A stretch of DNA of 63,910 nt, counting the filler, from Folioceros fuciformis (taxonomy: Eukaryota): NCBI GenBank assembly GCA_049999805.1. It is 7 parts of 7 records of this genome, joined end to end, with 100 filler letters (N's around TTAATTAATTAA, not from the genome) between each part and the next. Parts side by side here need not be neighbours in the genome. Positions count along the whole stretch, not along the records: positions 34,856 to 42,179 come from JBNGIO010001109.1; positions 42,280 to 47,553 come from JBNGIO010001110.1; positions 47,654 to 56,897 come from JBNGIO010001111.1; 4 more parts are not named here. One strand, written 5' to 3'. The notes beneath the pieces were generated by a model. That model was not told where the DNA came from. It ran no database searches and saw only the letters and a list, made by a program, of their open reading frames with translations. Every line of letters begins with the position of its first letter. Within the stretch, counting starts at the first letter, position 1. The position numbers were made by a program, and so were the translations under genes. Shown here piece by piece: positions 34,856 to 47,870 of this stretch.

Positions 34856-36184
34856 TCAGTCTTCCATGGCCGAGGAACCATTTCGACTGGGAGCTGATCC
34901 CGTTGAAAAAGCTACCGTTTTCAGGCCAGGTTCCGGCTGCTGATTCCACTCCTTCCCACCTCTTCTCTATCTTTCCCATTGCTCATGCTCCTCCCCTAGA
35001 GGCTGTCTTAGCCACCAAGGGTGAACAGTTGCAGGGGAAGACTTAGCGGGCGACCATCCAACAAGGAAGAGGCGGCGTCCGCAGACCTTTGAAGATCAGA
35101 CATCCTCCTCCGAAGTCTCTGGATAGTCTAAGAGGTGGTAGATCCTTGTGGTGGCAGGGCCAGGAGCTCATTGGTGGCAGGTTGTGCTAGAAGTCTAAAT
35201 AAGTGGCTGGTGACAGCCGGCTAGGCTATTAAAATAATATTTCTCAAGTTAGAGAGAGGTGAAGTCAGAGAGAGAGAGAGGCTCCTATAAGATCAGGTGA
35301 GCCTGTAGGAAGGAGTCATTCACTTTGGGAGTCAGTCTATCTCTTTGTGAGCTCTTGGAGGTCCTCTCATCATGAGCTCTTGTGGTCTGTCCCTGCTTGG
35401 TTTAGGACCTGCAGTGTGTTGCCAACTGTGCAACGTCTGGTAGGATCGCAAGCCGCGTGTTGCTGGCTGTACAGTGTCTGGTAGGATCGCAAGCTGCGTG
35501 TTGCCGGCTGTACAGTGTCTGGTAGGATCGCGGGCAGCGTATTGCCGGTTGTATAGTGTATGGTAGGATTACAAGGTGTAATAACCAGGGTGAAGGGGCT
35601 TGCCCCTAGCTCTTGATTGTAAAGGGTGTATCTTTCTCTCGACCTGTCCACTCTTGTTCCTTGCTTGGTCAAGTGCTGTAGGCCGGCCATGTCTCATGGT
35701 GTCTGGTACGGTTGTAGGGGGGAGATATCCAAGAGGGGAGTGTGTTCCCTTCTTCCTTTTGTTTGGGGTTAGTCTAGTGACTCTTGCCGGGTAGGAGGAG
35801 TCAGTAGGGAAGTGTACAAGGTAGTGGTGTCGTTGCTAGTTGCTGGTGTTGGTGCTGGAGTGAGAGAGTGAGTGAAGTGAGTGAGGGAAGTCGCAGATCT
35901 GAGAGGTTAGGGTCGTTGTAGTGACAGGAGTGAGTTTGTGGGCACCGAGAGAGGTGCAGCTGACCACCGGATAGCGAGGCCTGTCCTACGCCTGATCGGA
36001 GCTAGAGGGGAGCCCTCGAATCCATCATCGAGTCGATCAAGTCCGACCCTCCATCCACAGCAGCAAGGAACCCCATCGCTCCTTCGTGGGAATGAAACCC
36101 AATGTCTCAACGACAGTGGGATAAGTGTGGCCACTAAAGGTGGAACCCATTGGCAATCAGTGCCCAGGGTTTTGCCTCCACACA
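34856..36184. mobile_element. Long LTR-like repeat (family B, copy 1), ending ...GCCTCCACACA
   Basis: Colinear with 47871-49122 and with the reverse complement of 42000-42179. Shared sharp terminus (TG/CA end). Internal ~41-bp tandem unit at about 35415-35570. Confidence 0.85.
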
Positions 36185-39100
36185 GACCCACAATACAAAA
36201 ACAAGGTTATAGCCAAAGGCACTCCCCTTCACGATCTCTGCCAACTTAACATTACATCTAAGCTAGGCAAGAAATCCATAGCTGCACATGTCAACGTCAC
36301 CCAAGCATCAAAACAAAAAGACCAGGCCATGCTGTGGCATTGCAGACTCAGGCACATCAACTTCGAGAAATTAAAAAGCTGGTGTCTAGTAATACCCTCT
36401 ACAGGGAGAAGTTTATGCTGCAATTTACTGACAAGCAATTTTGTGAAGCCTATGTGTTTGGGAAACACCATAGGCTTCCGTACAGTGACAAAAATCCCAC
36501 TAGAGCCTCCAAGTTGCTGGAACTGGTGCATACAGATTTCTGCGGACCTATGTCTACAGTATCCATGGGAGGAGCACTATACATCTTATCTTTCCTGGAT
36601 GACTGGAGTCGGTATGTTATGGTTTACTTGATCAAGCACAAGAGCGAGGCTCTTGGCTGCTTCCAAGACTTTGTTACTTTTGCCCAACGGCAGACAGGCG
36701 AGCTTATAAAAATCCTGCGGAGTGATAATGGAGGTGAGTTCTGCTCTAACGCGTTCAAGGATTATTGCAAGGTGCATGGGATAGGCAGGCAACTAACCGT
36801 GCCTTACACGTCCTCACAAAATCCTCTCACCGAACTCAACAATAAGCACCTGCAAGAACAAGCTAAGTCAATGCTCAAGCTAGCTAGCTAGCTAGCTACC
36901 ATGAACCTATTGGGCGGAGGCTGTGGCTACAACTGCTTACGTCAAAAACCGTCTCCCAATAGAAGCATTTGATGGAGCAACACCTTACCAGAGGTGGACA
37001 GGTCACAGGCCCCGGATAAATCACCTGCGTATCTTTGGGTCTCTAGCCTATGCCCACCTCTCTGAGGAACAACGCAAAGCTAAGTTAGACTACAATGCAT
37101 TCAAGTATGTGTTTATAGGTTATACAAAGGGCATCAAGGGCTACAAGCTGTCTGACCCTACGTCTCAAACCATAACCCATGCTCGTAGCATTTTCTTTAA
37201 TGAGCAGTTGCTGTTGAACCCATCTCCTAGTCGCACATTGGTAGGAGAAGTTTCTTCCAGTCAGCCCTTTGTCGAGATCAGCAGCACTGACTCCCATACG
37301 TCTGCACCAACCTCATAATCTGGTACAACACATCCTAGTCACATAAATCTTGTCAGTGACAAAGATGAAGAGCCTTCTGATTTCCCTGACGATGACAGTG
37401 ATGTAGAACCTGACTTGCATACACAAGAATCTGGAAATAATGCAAATGATGTGGTCAGCCACGACAACATTTTTGATGATGAACAGCAGGAGGATCAGCA
37501 GGATGCTTACTCAGAAGAGGAGGACCCTGTTGCTGAACCTGCTGTACAACCAGACACTGTTCCAGTCAGGAGAGGGACAGACTTGGGCACTAGACGTCAC
37601 ACCACCTTGCCTTCAGAATGGCTGCAGCCTCCGTTAACCTATCAATCATTCTTAGTCCAGGATGACAGCACACCACTCAACACTGGTGATCCGCAGTCCT
37701 ATCAAGAAGCCCTAAATTCTAAGGATGGACAAAAATGGATGGAGGCTATTCAGTTAGAATACCAGTCCTTGGTGGACAAGAAAACTTGGGTGCTGGAGGA
37801 TCTTCCACCTGAGAGAAAGGCAATTACATGTAAATGGGTCTTCAAGACTAAGCTTGATGCCAACGGAGCCATTGCTAGATATAAAGCTCGGCTGGTAGCA
37901 AGAGGCTACAGCCAAGTTGCATGTCTTGATTACATTGAAAGTTTTTTGCCAATTGTACGTGCATCATCCATTCGAGCTCTCCTGGCAATAGCAGCCCAAC
38001 ATGATTACTGCCTACAACACATGGACATGAAGACTGCGTTTCTGAATGGCAATTTAGAAGAAACAATTTATATGAGACAGCCTGAGGGCTTTGTTGATAA
38101 GCAAAACCCTCACAAGGTATGTAGGCTAATCAAAACCATTTACGGACTTAAGCAGTCGCCTAGAGAGTGGTTTAAGAGGATTGATGCATACTTTAAAAGC
38201 AGCGGCTTCATTTAGAGTGAAGTTGAAAACAACGTCTATAAACTGCATGACAATAAGGGTGTTGCATATCTTGCACTATACATTGATGATGCTATAATTA
38301 TAGCTAGCTGCCCTGAACTAATGAATCGAGTGAAAGCTATCTTGACCTCGGAATTCTCTATGACTGACTTAGGACAGCTAACATTCTTCTTAGGAATACA
38401 AATTCATCAAAATCTCTCTAGGCACACCAAATTTATTCACCAGGGCCAGTTCGTACAGCAGGTCATTGCCAGGTTTAGACTTCAGAATGCAAAGCCTGCA
38501 CCTACACCCATGGCAGCCGGGGAAAAACTGTCATTAGATTATTGTCCCAAAACAGAGGAAGAACAACAACAGATGGAGCTGATTTCATACAGACCTATTG
38601 TTGGTGTTCTCATATATTTCCGCAATTGGACTAGACCTGAGCTCTCATACTCAGTGGGAGTCACTTCCCAGTTTCTATCCAACTATGGCAGGTCACACTG
38701 GAGTGCAATGCAAAGAATTATGCGGTACCTGGGGAGCACACCAAATCTGGGGCTGCTGTACAGTAAACGACCAAGCAACCTTCTGCTCACCTGTTTTTGC
38801 GATGCAGATTGGGCGGCCAACGCAGACAGCCGCAACTCCATCTGAGCTCACTGCCTTATGTTAGGAAAAGACCAATTCCAGTCTACAGTAATAGCATGGC
38901 ACAGTAAAAAGCAGCAAGTGGTGGCTCTCTCCTCGACGAAAGCAGAGTACATCTCTACTACCACTGCTGCCCAAGATATAATTCATGCAAGAGAGCTGCT
39001 GAACTCGCTGGGAGAAAGACAAGAGGGACCAACTTTGCTTCTCAACGATAATCAGTCAGCCATTGCATTAGCACAAAATCCTGTAATGCATGCTAGAACC

Positions 39101-39830
39101 AAACATATCGAGATCAAGCATCATTTCATGAGGCAAGTGCTGGCAGAAGGTCATGCTAGTCTCCAATACGTGTCTACAGAAGAAAATACAGCAGATGTCT
39201 TAACCAAAGCATTGCCTTGTGACAAGCACGAAAAATTCTGTAGAGCCTTAGGGCTAGCAGTAAATCCAGACACGTAGCTGCACAACCCACTTAATCAGGC
39301 TACAGGACCTACTGAGCTGTAGGGAATCTTCTAGCCTAGAACCTTCGAGTCGGCACTGTGGAAGAATAGAGATACCAGGGTTCTGCATCACAGAAGATCA
39401 GGTTCATGAATTCGGGAAAGAGACATCACTTGGAGTGGGAGCAATTCTGAAGGACGTACCATACTTTATGATCAGCCTGCCCTCTTCAGTGAAGTCACTT
39501 CCTGCATACATGAATCGATCAAAGCAGTTTGGCAAGTAGCGAAATGGAGCGCTAGGCGACAGCTGCGGCAATCCCTTGGCCTTCCGCCACTTGGAGTGAG
39601 CAATCTCAAAGTCTTCCTCCAATGTCTGCAATTTTTGCAATCCCTGTGCAGAGCTTGCAAGGGTGCCAGCAATGCACAAGAACAACAGCCAAAATCAGCA
39701 CCAAGGCCGACAGCATAGCCAGCTCCAACTCGTAGCTAGCCATCACCGGGACCTGCTCGAAGATCTAATCCAAGACTGTGAAGTTGCCGACCGCAATGAA
39801 TGTTAATTATTGCCAGCTAAGTGGGAGTAA
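36185..39830 (+). mobile_element. Ty1/copia retrotransposon internal region (GAG-pre-integrase, integrase, RT, RNase H), decayed
   Basis: LWHCRLRHIN, LELVHTDFCGP, ILRSDNGGEF, KWVFKTK..RYKARLVARGYSQ, DMKTAFLNG, YGLKQSPREW, KQQVVALSST, HARTKHIEIKHHF in copia order IN-RT-RH. Premature stops. PPT-like AAGTGGGAG at about 39819-39827. Confidence 0.95.
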
Positions 39831-40059
39831 AAGGAGGTTTGGCCATTATATATAGCCAAGCCCTAATTAAATTAAATAAACTAAACTAATTAGCTAGATA
39901 CAAATCGACAGATTTGTATCAACACGACTTAGGGTCGTGTCCCAACGTCCAACGGTCATAAGCCATGGGACCACCAATGCGTGCTCCCGTGCCTTTATAA
40001 ACTGCCACACGGCCCTACAAAAATATTCATTCTTTTTCTTTCCTCTCGATCACCTGATC

Positions 40060-41999
40060 TCAGGGTTCTCGATCCTGTCGATCTTCACTTTGATCTGGCA
40101 TGTAGAATAGGATTAGCGGATACTGCAATTGCCGACTGGTTGTCACATTGTAATGTCGTAGGACCAGTCTGGGGTACTTTAATGTCTCTGAGGAATTGAC
40201 ATATCCAGCTGATCTCGCGGGCTGCCAAGGATAAAGCACTATATTATGCGTTTGTAGATGAGAGGCTGATAGTGCTAAGCTTTTTGCTTTGCCAACGTAT
40301 GGCAGATCCACAAAGAAGATTGCAGTAGGCAGCTATGGACTTCCGTCCATCCACATCGCCGGCCCACTCTACATCCGTGTAGCAGGTAAGTGTAAAGTTT
40401 GGTGCTTTAGTATACTTGAGACATAGATGCCTAGTTCCCTTGAAAAAGCGTAGGATTCTCTTTACAGCGATCCAGTGTCACTTGCCAAGGTTTGATAAAT
40501 AACGTGATACAAGACCTGTTGCTAGAGAAATATTCGGACGTGTCCATCCTGCAAGGTATAGAAGACTCTCGACAACCTCCCTATAAGGTATTTGAGACAT
40601 TTCATATTTGTCCGTCTCTGTTGTTGGGCAGTCTGCTGTTGAGAGCTTTTCTCCAGCAGCAATAGGATTGATATCTTGTAGCTGAAACTTGTTTGGAATT
40701 TGTCGAATGAAGTGCTCTTGATGCAAGGTCACTGAATCATTATCTGGATTCCAAGAGCAAAACGTAGAGGACCAACATCAGTCATAACCCACTCTTCAAC
40801 TAAGTCCTTTTTAACTTGTGTGAGAATATCTTGGCTGCTAGAGAATATGAAATTATCGTCTACATACAGCGCAATGATACATAATCCGTTTGCTGTACAC
40901 AGGACATACACGCTGCAATCTGCTATGAGAGGTTCAAAACCCAAAGCTCGAAGCTTCTTGTCAGCTCGTCCGTTCCATATGTGAGCTGATTATTTCAGCC
41001 CATATAATGACTTCAGCAGTTCACACACAAGGTCTAGATCAAACACATATGCTTATGGTCGTGTCATTAAGATGGTCTCGTCCAGGGGACCGTTTAAAAA
41101 GGCTGTTTTAACGTCCATCTAGTGGACTAGTAAATTGTGTTGAATGGCATAGCAGAGGAGTATCCTCATAGAGGTGGGCTTCACCACGGGACTAAAACTC
41201 TCATTATAATCAAGCCCTTGTACTTGTGTGTATCCTCTAGCGACCAAACGTGCCTTGTAGCGGGCAACAGAACCATCCGAGTTTAGCTTCAACTTAAAAA
41301 CCCACTTGGAGGTAATTGCCTTACGCCCTGGAGGTAATCTATCCAATTTCCATATTTGGTTGTCCATGAGTGATTTATATTCGCTATCGATTGCCTTTTG
41401 CCAATCTGATTTTTGTGGTGAGGTCAGAGCCTCCTTGTAGGTCATGGGAGTATCAGGTGGTTCCATAACAGTATAGGCCATGTGTATTGGTATATTAGGT
41501 TCTGCTGGATCCATCTCCAACTCATCAGCTTGGATAGTGGCCTTATCAAGCTGATTATTATCATGACCAAGTGGATCAGGGGCTGGAGGCAAAACTACAG
41601 CTGTCTTTGGCTCAAAATCACGTGATCACTATCTAAATTTGAATAGGGTAAACTGTCTTCATGTATAGGTGTATGGCCATTTATGGTGATTGTAGGCAAA
41701 GGGTCATAACTGGATACTAACTTCTCGTAGGACTTCAGGATACAGGATTCATTAAAGCTTACACTACGTGCTATAGATAGCCCCCTCCCTAGTGGAGGGA
41801 TTATAAAGCTTGTATCCTTTCACCGTATCTGAATAGCCAACGAATATATGCTTTGTGGCTTTGTTGTCCATCTTTCTTCACTTGTCTGCTGGTATGTAGG
41901 CATAGGCTACTGCTCCAAAGATTTTGATACAAAGTTTGTGAGCAATCTATCTTTCAAAGGGTGTGTTGTCAAAAAAAGGCTTTAGAGGCAACCTGTTGG
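40060..41999 (-). mobile_element. Second decayed Ty1/copia element (integrase C-terminus, RT), convergent with the first
   Basis: KIFGAVAYAYIP..FVGYSDTVKGYKL, KWVFKLK..RYKARLVARGYTQVQGLDY, IALYVDD, PYREVVESLLYLAGWTRP; many stops and frameshifts. Confidence 0.92.
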
Positions 42000-42179
42000 T
42001 GTGTGGAGGCAAAACCCCGGGCACTGATTGCCGACGGATTCCACCTTTAGTGGCCACACTTATCCCACTGTCGTTGAGACATTGGGTTTCGTTCCCACGA
42101 AGGAGCGATGGGGTTCCTTGCTGCTGTGGATGGAGGGTCGGACTTGATCGACTCGATGATGGATTCGAGGGCTCCCCTC
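42000..42179. mobile_element. Family B LTR-like repeat terminus (copy 2, inverted), interrupting the second copia element, truncated by linker
   Basis: tgtgtggaggcaaaaccccgggcactgattgcc... is the reverse complement of about 36005-36184. Confidence 0.9.
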
Positions 42180-42279
42180 NNNNNNNNNNNNNNNNNNNNN
42201 NNNNNNNNNNNNNNNNNNNNNNNTTAATTAATTAANNNNNNNNNNNNNNNNNNNNNNNNNNNNNNNNNNNNNNNNNNNN
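42180..42279. other. Artificial contig linker
   Basis: N44-TTAATTAATTAA-N44. Confidence 0.98.
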
Positions 42280-42378
42280 CAGCATGCCTGCAAGAAAACT
42301 GCAAGCAGCATGCCTGCAAGAAAACTGCAAGCAGCATGCCTGCAAGAAAACTGCAAGCAGCATGCCTGCAAGAAAACT
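42280..42378. repeat. 26-bp tandem repeat (about 4 copies, truncated at contig edge)
   Basis: cagcatgcctgcaagaaaactgcaag repeated perfectly. Confidence 0.95.
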
Positions 42379-43486
42379 TGCGAATAGCAGCACGTTGGTT
42401 TGCTCACTATAGGTACTTCAAGTAGGGTTTGTAGATGGGCGATGCTTCTTCGAGCTCAAAGCTACGCGGTAAAGTGAACGAGAACTAATAGTTCTCATAT
42501 CAAGAAAGATGACGAAACGCATTATCGAGATTAGAGAAAGTGCACGAGAAAACACACGCTTCTCGGATTGTATTTTATGGTAATTACAGAGTTAAAAATT
42601 ACCCATAAAATGTATTTTTATTTTACATACATATGTAATTTTATAATATACAGTGTAATTACATTTTTCTTTACTATAAAATATAACTATAAAATAAGAT
42701 TTTACCTTACAATAACAATTACGATAGTAATTACCACCCAAAATGGGTCTTACCCGTAATACCCACAAGCCTAGTTCAACTCTTTTGATACTGTGCATGT
42801 GCTCTTTACAATGTTATTGGCAACTTCAAGTGGTGCTCTTGTAGAGACATTGGGAATGCGTTTTCTAAATATTTGGTGGAAAGTTGTTGCTTTGGTGGAG
42901 ACATTGGAAATGTGTTTTCCTAATGTCAGGTGGAAGGAACCATTTGCAACATGACTTTGGAAAGAGCTTTGTGTAAAAGTTGGTACTAGGAGGGCTCTCA
43001 AATAGAAGAGATGAGCATTGGCAAAGAAAATGTCAAATGTCCTACCCAACTTCTACGGTACTTGTTGACCAGTTGTAACCCTTACTTGATGTGCAACTTA
43101 CAAGATATGTACCCTCACTTGTATAGGGAACCTTGTTACATGCTATAGGTATGCACATCACCATGAACACCTATACCATGTAAACAGGTTGCGCATCATC
43201 AAGAACACCCATACCATATAAAAAGGATGTTGGTTTAGTCTTGCGTAGGTTGGGCAAAAGTACGTCTTCACTAATTGATAGTGGCCTCTAAGTATGGAGT
43301 TGATGATGCCAAAGTTGTGAAGTACACAAGGCTCATTATTTCCATCTTAATGATTTACAAAGTTATATTTTACATTTGTGGCCATTCCATTAGTTGAACG
43401 ACAAACATTGAGATATCACAAGCTTGTGAGAAGTGCAACTTATTGCCTAACATTGTTATGAGAAGTACACCTTATTGCGTGACATT

Positions 43487-43605
43487 GTTAAACGACAAAT
43501 TGAGATATGCATAGATATGTGCCTAGTTAAACGACACATTGAGATATGCATAGATATGTGCCTAATTAAATGACACATTGAGATATGCATAGATATGTGC
43601 CTAGA
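43487..43605. repeat. About 39-bp tandem repeat x3
   Basis: ttaaacgacacattgagatatgcatagatatgtgccta repeated three times. Confidence 0.92.
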
Positions 43606-44330
43606 TAGAGAGGCTATAGAGAGAAGGGAGCTATAGGGAGAAATAGAAGAAATCTTTTCTTACCTCTTTATTGCATCTATTTGAATATGACATATTAGCA
43701 ATTGTGGGTACTTAGGGGACCTATAATTAGGTGGGCTAGCTCCCTCTGGGCTAGAGCTCTTTCCATGTCTTTTCCTTTTGTTCTTTGGGTTATATGAAAT
43801 TTTCATCCCTTTTAAATAAATACTCTCTCTCTCTATACATAAGTATAATTTAAATTATAATTTACTAATATTTTTTGAAATATTTTACAGTTCAATATTT
43901 ATACGTTCTATGTAGAGCGAAAAAATCAGAAGGTAGATGCCAAGCTATAGCCTAGAAAGATCTAAACGCTTTCATATTTTCAGCATTTTACTTCTTACTT
44001 AATTAACCTCATCTTTTGATCTTAGGCAGGCTAGACAACCAGAGAGGCAGCAGGGTCGAGGCAGCTGTAGCTGCACCACTTGAGGCCCGGGCGTATCGTG
44101 AAGCTCGGTAAGAAATGGATGTCTCTTGAAAGCAAAAGAGCAAATGTCGCTAAGAATACCGAAAGTAAACCTACTACACAAGAATAAGCTAGGTATTGCA
44201 AGTTTCGATAAGTCTGAATTTGCTAAAACGGATTTGCGTAGATATGTTATTGATCGTTTCGATATGCTTGTTAGTGTGCTCGTTGGTCTGACTTAGAGTC
44301 TGTCTGCTCCGTCGATCGACAGGAGCTGGG

Positions 44331-47300
44331 ATGGGGGCTCTGAGGAGAAAGCGGGAGGATGAAGAGAATGAGGAGGCGGAAGACCTTGATAATAGGTTGG
44401 AGTTTCCCGGAGTGCAGGATTTTACAGGAGATGTCGAGCCGCTCTCAGCATCGCAGCTGAAGCTCCAGAAGAAGCTGCGGAAGAAGGCCAAATCGGGGGG
44501 TTTCGAGACGCTGGGCCTGAGCGGGCCTGTTTTCCGCGCCGTCAAGAAGAAGGGTTACCGTGTGCCCACGCCAATTCAGCGGAAGACTCTGCCGTTGATC
44601 CTTGCAGGCTATGATGTGGTGGCTATGGCCCGGACCGGGTCTGGAAAGACGGCTGCATTCCTCATTCCTATGCTGGAGAAGCTCAAGGCCCACTCCTCCA
44701 AGGCCGGTGCCCGCGCTGTTATCCTGTCTCCTACTCGAGAGCTGGCCCAGCAGACGTTTAAGTTCTGCAACGAGCTTAAACGATATACTGGTATTGTGCC
44801 TTCCCTTGGTTGCGTGTGCCTGCCTGTATGTCTGATCTCTGGCAGATTGTGAGTTTAGGTTAGGGTTACAATCCACAAGGTTCTGCCCAGCGAGGTGTGT
44901 GGTTAGCTCAGATATGATATCCAGCTCATTTCCTATCCCTGCAGACCTTACAGCCGCTGTGCTTGTCGGAGGTGACAGCATGGAGGCTCAGTTTGAAGAT
45001 ATCTCCAAGAACCCAGACATCCTCGTCGCAACTCCCGGACGGCTCATGCATCATTTGTCTGAAGTGGAGGGCATGAGTCTACGAAGCGTGGAGTACGTCG
45101 TTTTTGATGAAGCCGACAGGTTGTTTGAGATGGGGTTTGCTGAACAGCTCAGGCAGATTTTAGGTCATCTGAGCGAGACTCGGCAGACACTGCTGTTCAG
45201 TGCGACTCTGCCACGGTTGCTGGCCGATTTTGCCAAAGCAGGTCTGAGGGACCCTCATTTGATAAGGCTGGACACCGAGACGAAGATCAGCCCAGATTTG
45301 AAGCTTGCTTTCTTCACTCTCAGGCACGGGGAGAAGCCTGCAGCCTTGGTACATCTCGTGCAGGAAGTGATACCTGCGGACCAGCAGACTATCATATTTG
45401 TGGCAACCAAGCATCATGTCGAGTACTTGTACGAGGTTCTCAAGGGAGAGGGGATAGAGCTCTCTGTAGTCTATGGAGCAATGGACCAGTCGGCTCGTAA
45501 GATACACGTTGCTAAATTTCAGGCGAGGAAGACTATGCTGCTTCTCGTAACAGACGTAGCGGCTAGGGGCATAGACATTCCTCTGTTGGACAATGTGGTC
45601 AACTACGACTTTCCAGCAAAGCCGAAGCTATTCGTCCACAGAGTGGGCAGAGCTGCACGAGCGGGTCGACGTGGGACTGCCTATTCCTTTTTCACTGCTG
45701 ATGAGATGCCTTTTGTACTTGACCTTCACCTGTTCTTGTCAAAGCCTATCCAGCCGGCGCCCTCAGAGGAAATGGTGGTAGCGGATGAAGAGAAGGTGCT
45801 GCAAAAAGTGGATCAGGCTGTCAAGAGAGGTGAAACAGTCTATGGCCGTTTCCCACAAGCTGTATTAGACTATACAATGGACAGACTCCGGGAGGCAGTC
45901 CTGCAGAAGATGGAGCTTGGCGCTTTGCAAAAGTCTAGTGAGAACGCATTCAAATTGTATTTGAAGACGAGACCTGATCCATCGTCAGAGTCAATCAAGC
46001 GAGCAAAGAGTTTGGCTGAGGAAGGTATGCATCCTCTTTTCAGAGGCGCTATTCACAAATCAGAGGCTGAGGCGTCGGCATTTACAGAACGTTTGAAGAA
46101 TTTCAGGTGTGTGAGATTGGCGTGCTGGAATTTCCTATTCAGCATGACTTGGTAACTCATTTAATCTCCAAATTCAGTTACAGGCTCTCCTTGGCTTATC
46201 TTAGACTTATCGTAGCTACTGTGTGAGGCTTGTAGACCGAAGCAAACAGTCTTGGAAGCAGAAGCAGAAGCTGCAAAATCGAAGAATAGGAAGGTACCGA
46301 CTTTGAAGGGTTTGCCTGTGTAGAACTTGGTGCCCTCGTTACAGGCGTCCCCTAACTGCTTGCCTTGCGAGCGCAGACCCCTCTAGCCCAAGCAGGAGAG
46401 ATAATGAAGCGAAAAAGAGCTGTCCATGAACATGTGATCTCTACAGTTCATGAACAGAAGAGTGTGGCCAAGGCTGCTGAGAATCCAACTGTGATTGAAG
46501 AGCCAGTGGATGAGGATGTCCAAAAGCCTAAACGAACAAAGGGTAATTTGGTTGCATTGTCGAACTTGGACATGTTGGCACATTTGGTTCGATGTTTCTT
46601 TGTGTTTGCAAGTGCTCACTGTCTCAGGATCAGTGTTTGCCACAGTGTAGGTGTTCCTACGGCAAGGAGGTTGCCGGAAAGCTTCAGAGATGAAGAGTTT
46701 TTCATAAGTTCAATTCCTCAGCAAAGAGTGAGTTTTTTAATCTCTACTTTTATCGGTTTCACAAACTACTTTGACCTATATGCGAATCAAATTTGATTCA
46801 AATGACCCTGACATCATGGCTTCATATATCATCCATTTCTGGCAGCATTCAGAGGCTGGACTGACAGTCACCAAAGACGGAGAGCATTTCGGACCCAATA
46901 GGTGCGGTTGTTTGAGCGGAGTGTGATTGAATAGCACCATGTTGTCTGCAGCTCTCGTCTGGGAACTCTGGCAGGATGATTGCTACCTTCATTATCGCCA
47001 CCATGTATGCAGGATTTTTGCTTGTAGGCTCATTCGAATCTGTTGATTGACAGAATGGATTCAGAAGTCTTGGATCTTGTTCCTGATGACGAGCTCGGGG
47101 TCCAGAAACAGAGAGCCACGTATCACTGGGATAAGGTATGCAGCGTACACGTGGGGCAAACTTGTTGCAGTGTATGTGACAGTGTGTTCACGACCTGTGG
47201 CTTTGTCTCGTTTTCCACAGAAAGGCAAGAAGTTCATTAAACTCAACCGAGGGGAAAAGATTGGTGCATCTGGAAAGGTCTGATCCAAGCTCTTACCACT

Positions 47301-47546
47301 TCACAGTAGACTAGAAGGGTGCAAGTTGAAACGGTGCCAATCCTGGGAAAAAGTTCTTCTGCCCTGAATAGACAATTGAGTTATCTGACTTGCTGTACCC
47401 TCATTCTGTTTTTTGACAGATAAAGACAGAGAGTGGTGCCAAAGTCAATGTGGGCAACAGAAACATCTACAAAAAGTGGAAGGAGAAAACACGCAAGGAG
47501 ATTTCTTCTCATGGTGGAGACAGGCAAACTGAGGATCAGCCAAGGG
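44331..47546 (+). CDS. DEAD-box RNA helicase, DBP10/DDX54 (plant RH29-like), 3' end cut by linker
   Basis: Exons 44331-44790, 44945-46106, 46236-46293, 46377-46542, 46651-46727, 46846-46901, 47054-47135, 47221-47277, 47420-47546. Motifs: [68 protein letters not shown], and the DBP10 C-terminal WDK..KKFIKL..KIKTESG. Confidence 0.95.
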
Positions 47547-47553
47547 GTATGTT

Positions 47554-47653
47554 NNNNNNNNNNNNNNNNNNNNNNNNNNNNNNNNNNNNNNNNNNNNTTA
47601 ATTAATTAANNNNNNNNNNNNNNNNNNNNNNNNNNNNNNNNNNNNNNNNNNNN
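47554..47653. other. Artificial contig linker
   Basis: N44-TTAATTAATTAA-N44. Confidence 0.98.
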
Positions 47654-47870
47654 CCCTTGTATTTAATATTGTTCAGGTACATTTTTAATACGTACTGATA
47701 TGTATACCATATACATATCCCCATATTTCTTTTCTTTTTATTTTCCTAATTTTCCCTTTTCTATTTTCATCCCTATTTTTCTGGATTAAATTCCAGAAAT
47801 TCCAATTCAACTCTGTTTCACCTGCTTTCTTCTCCTCCTAGTTCAGGGCCTATTCCAGCACCCCAGGGTT

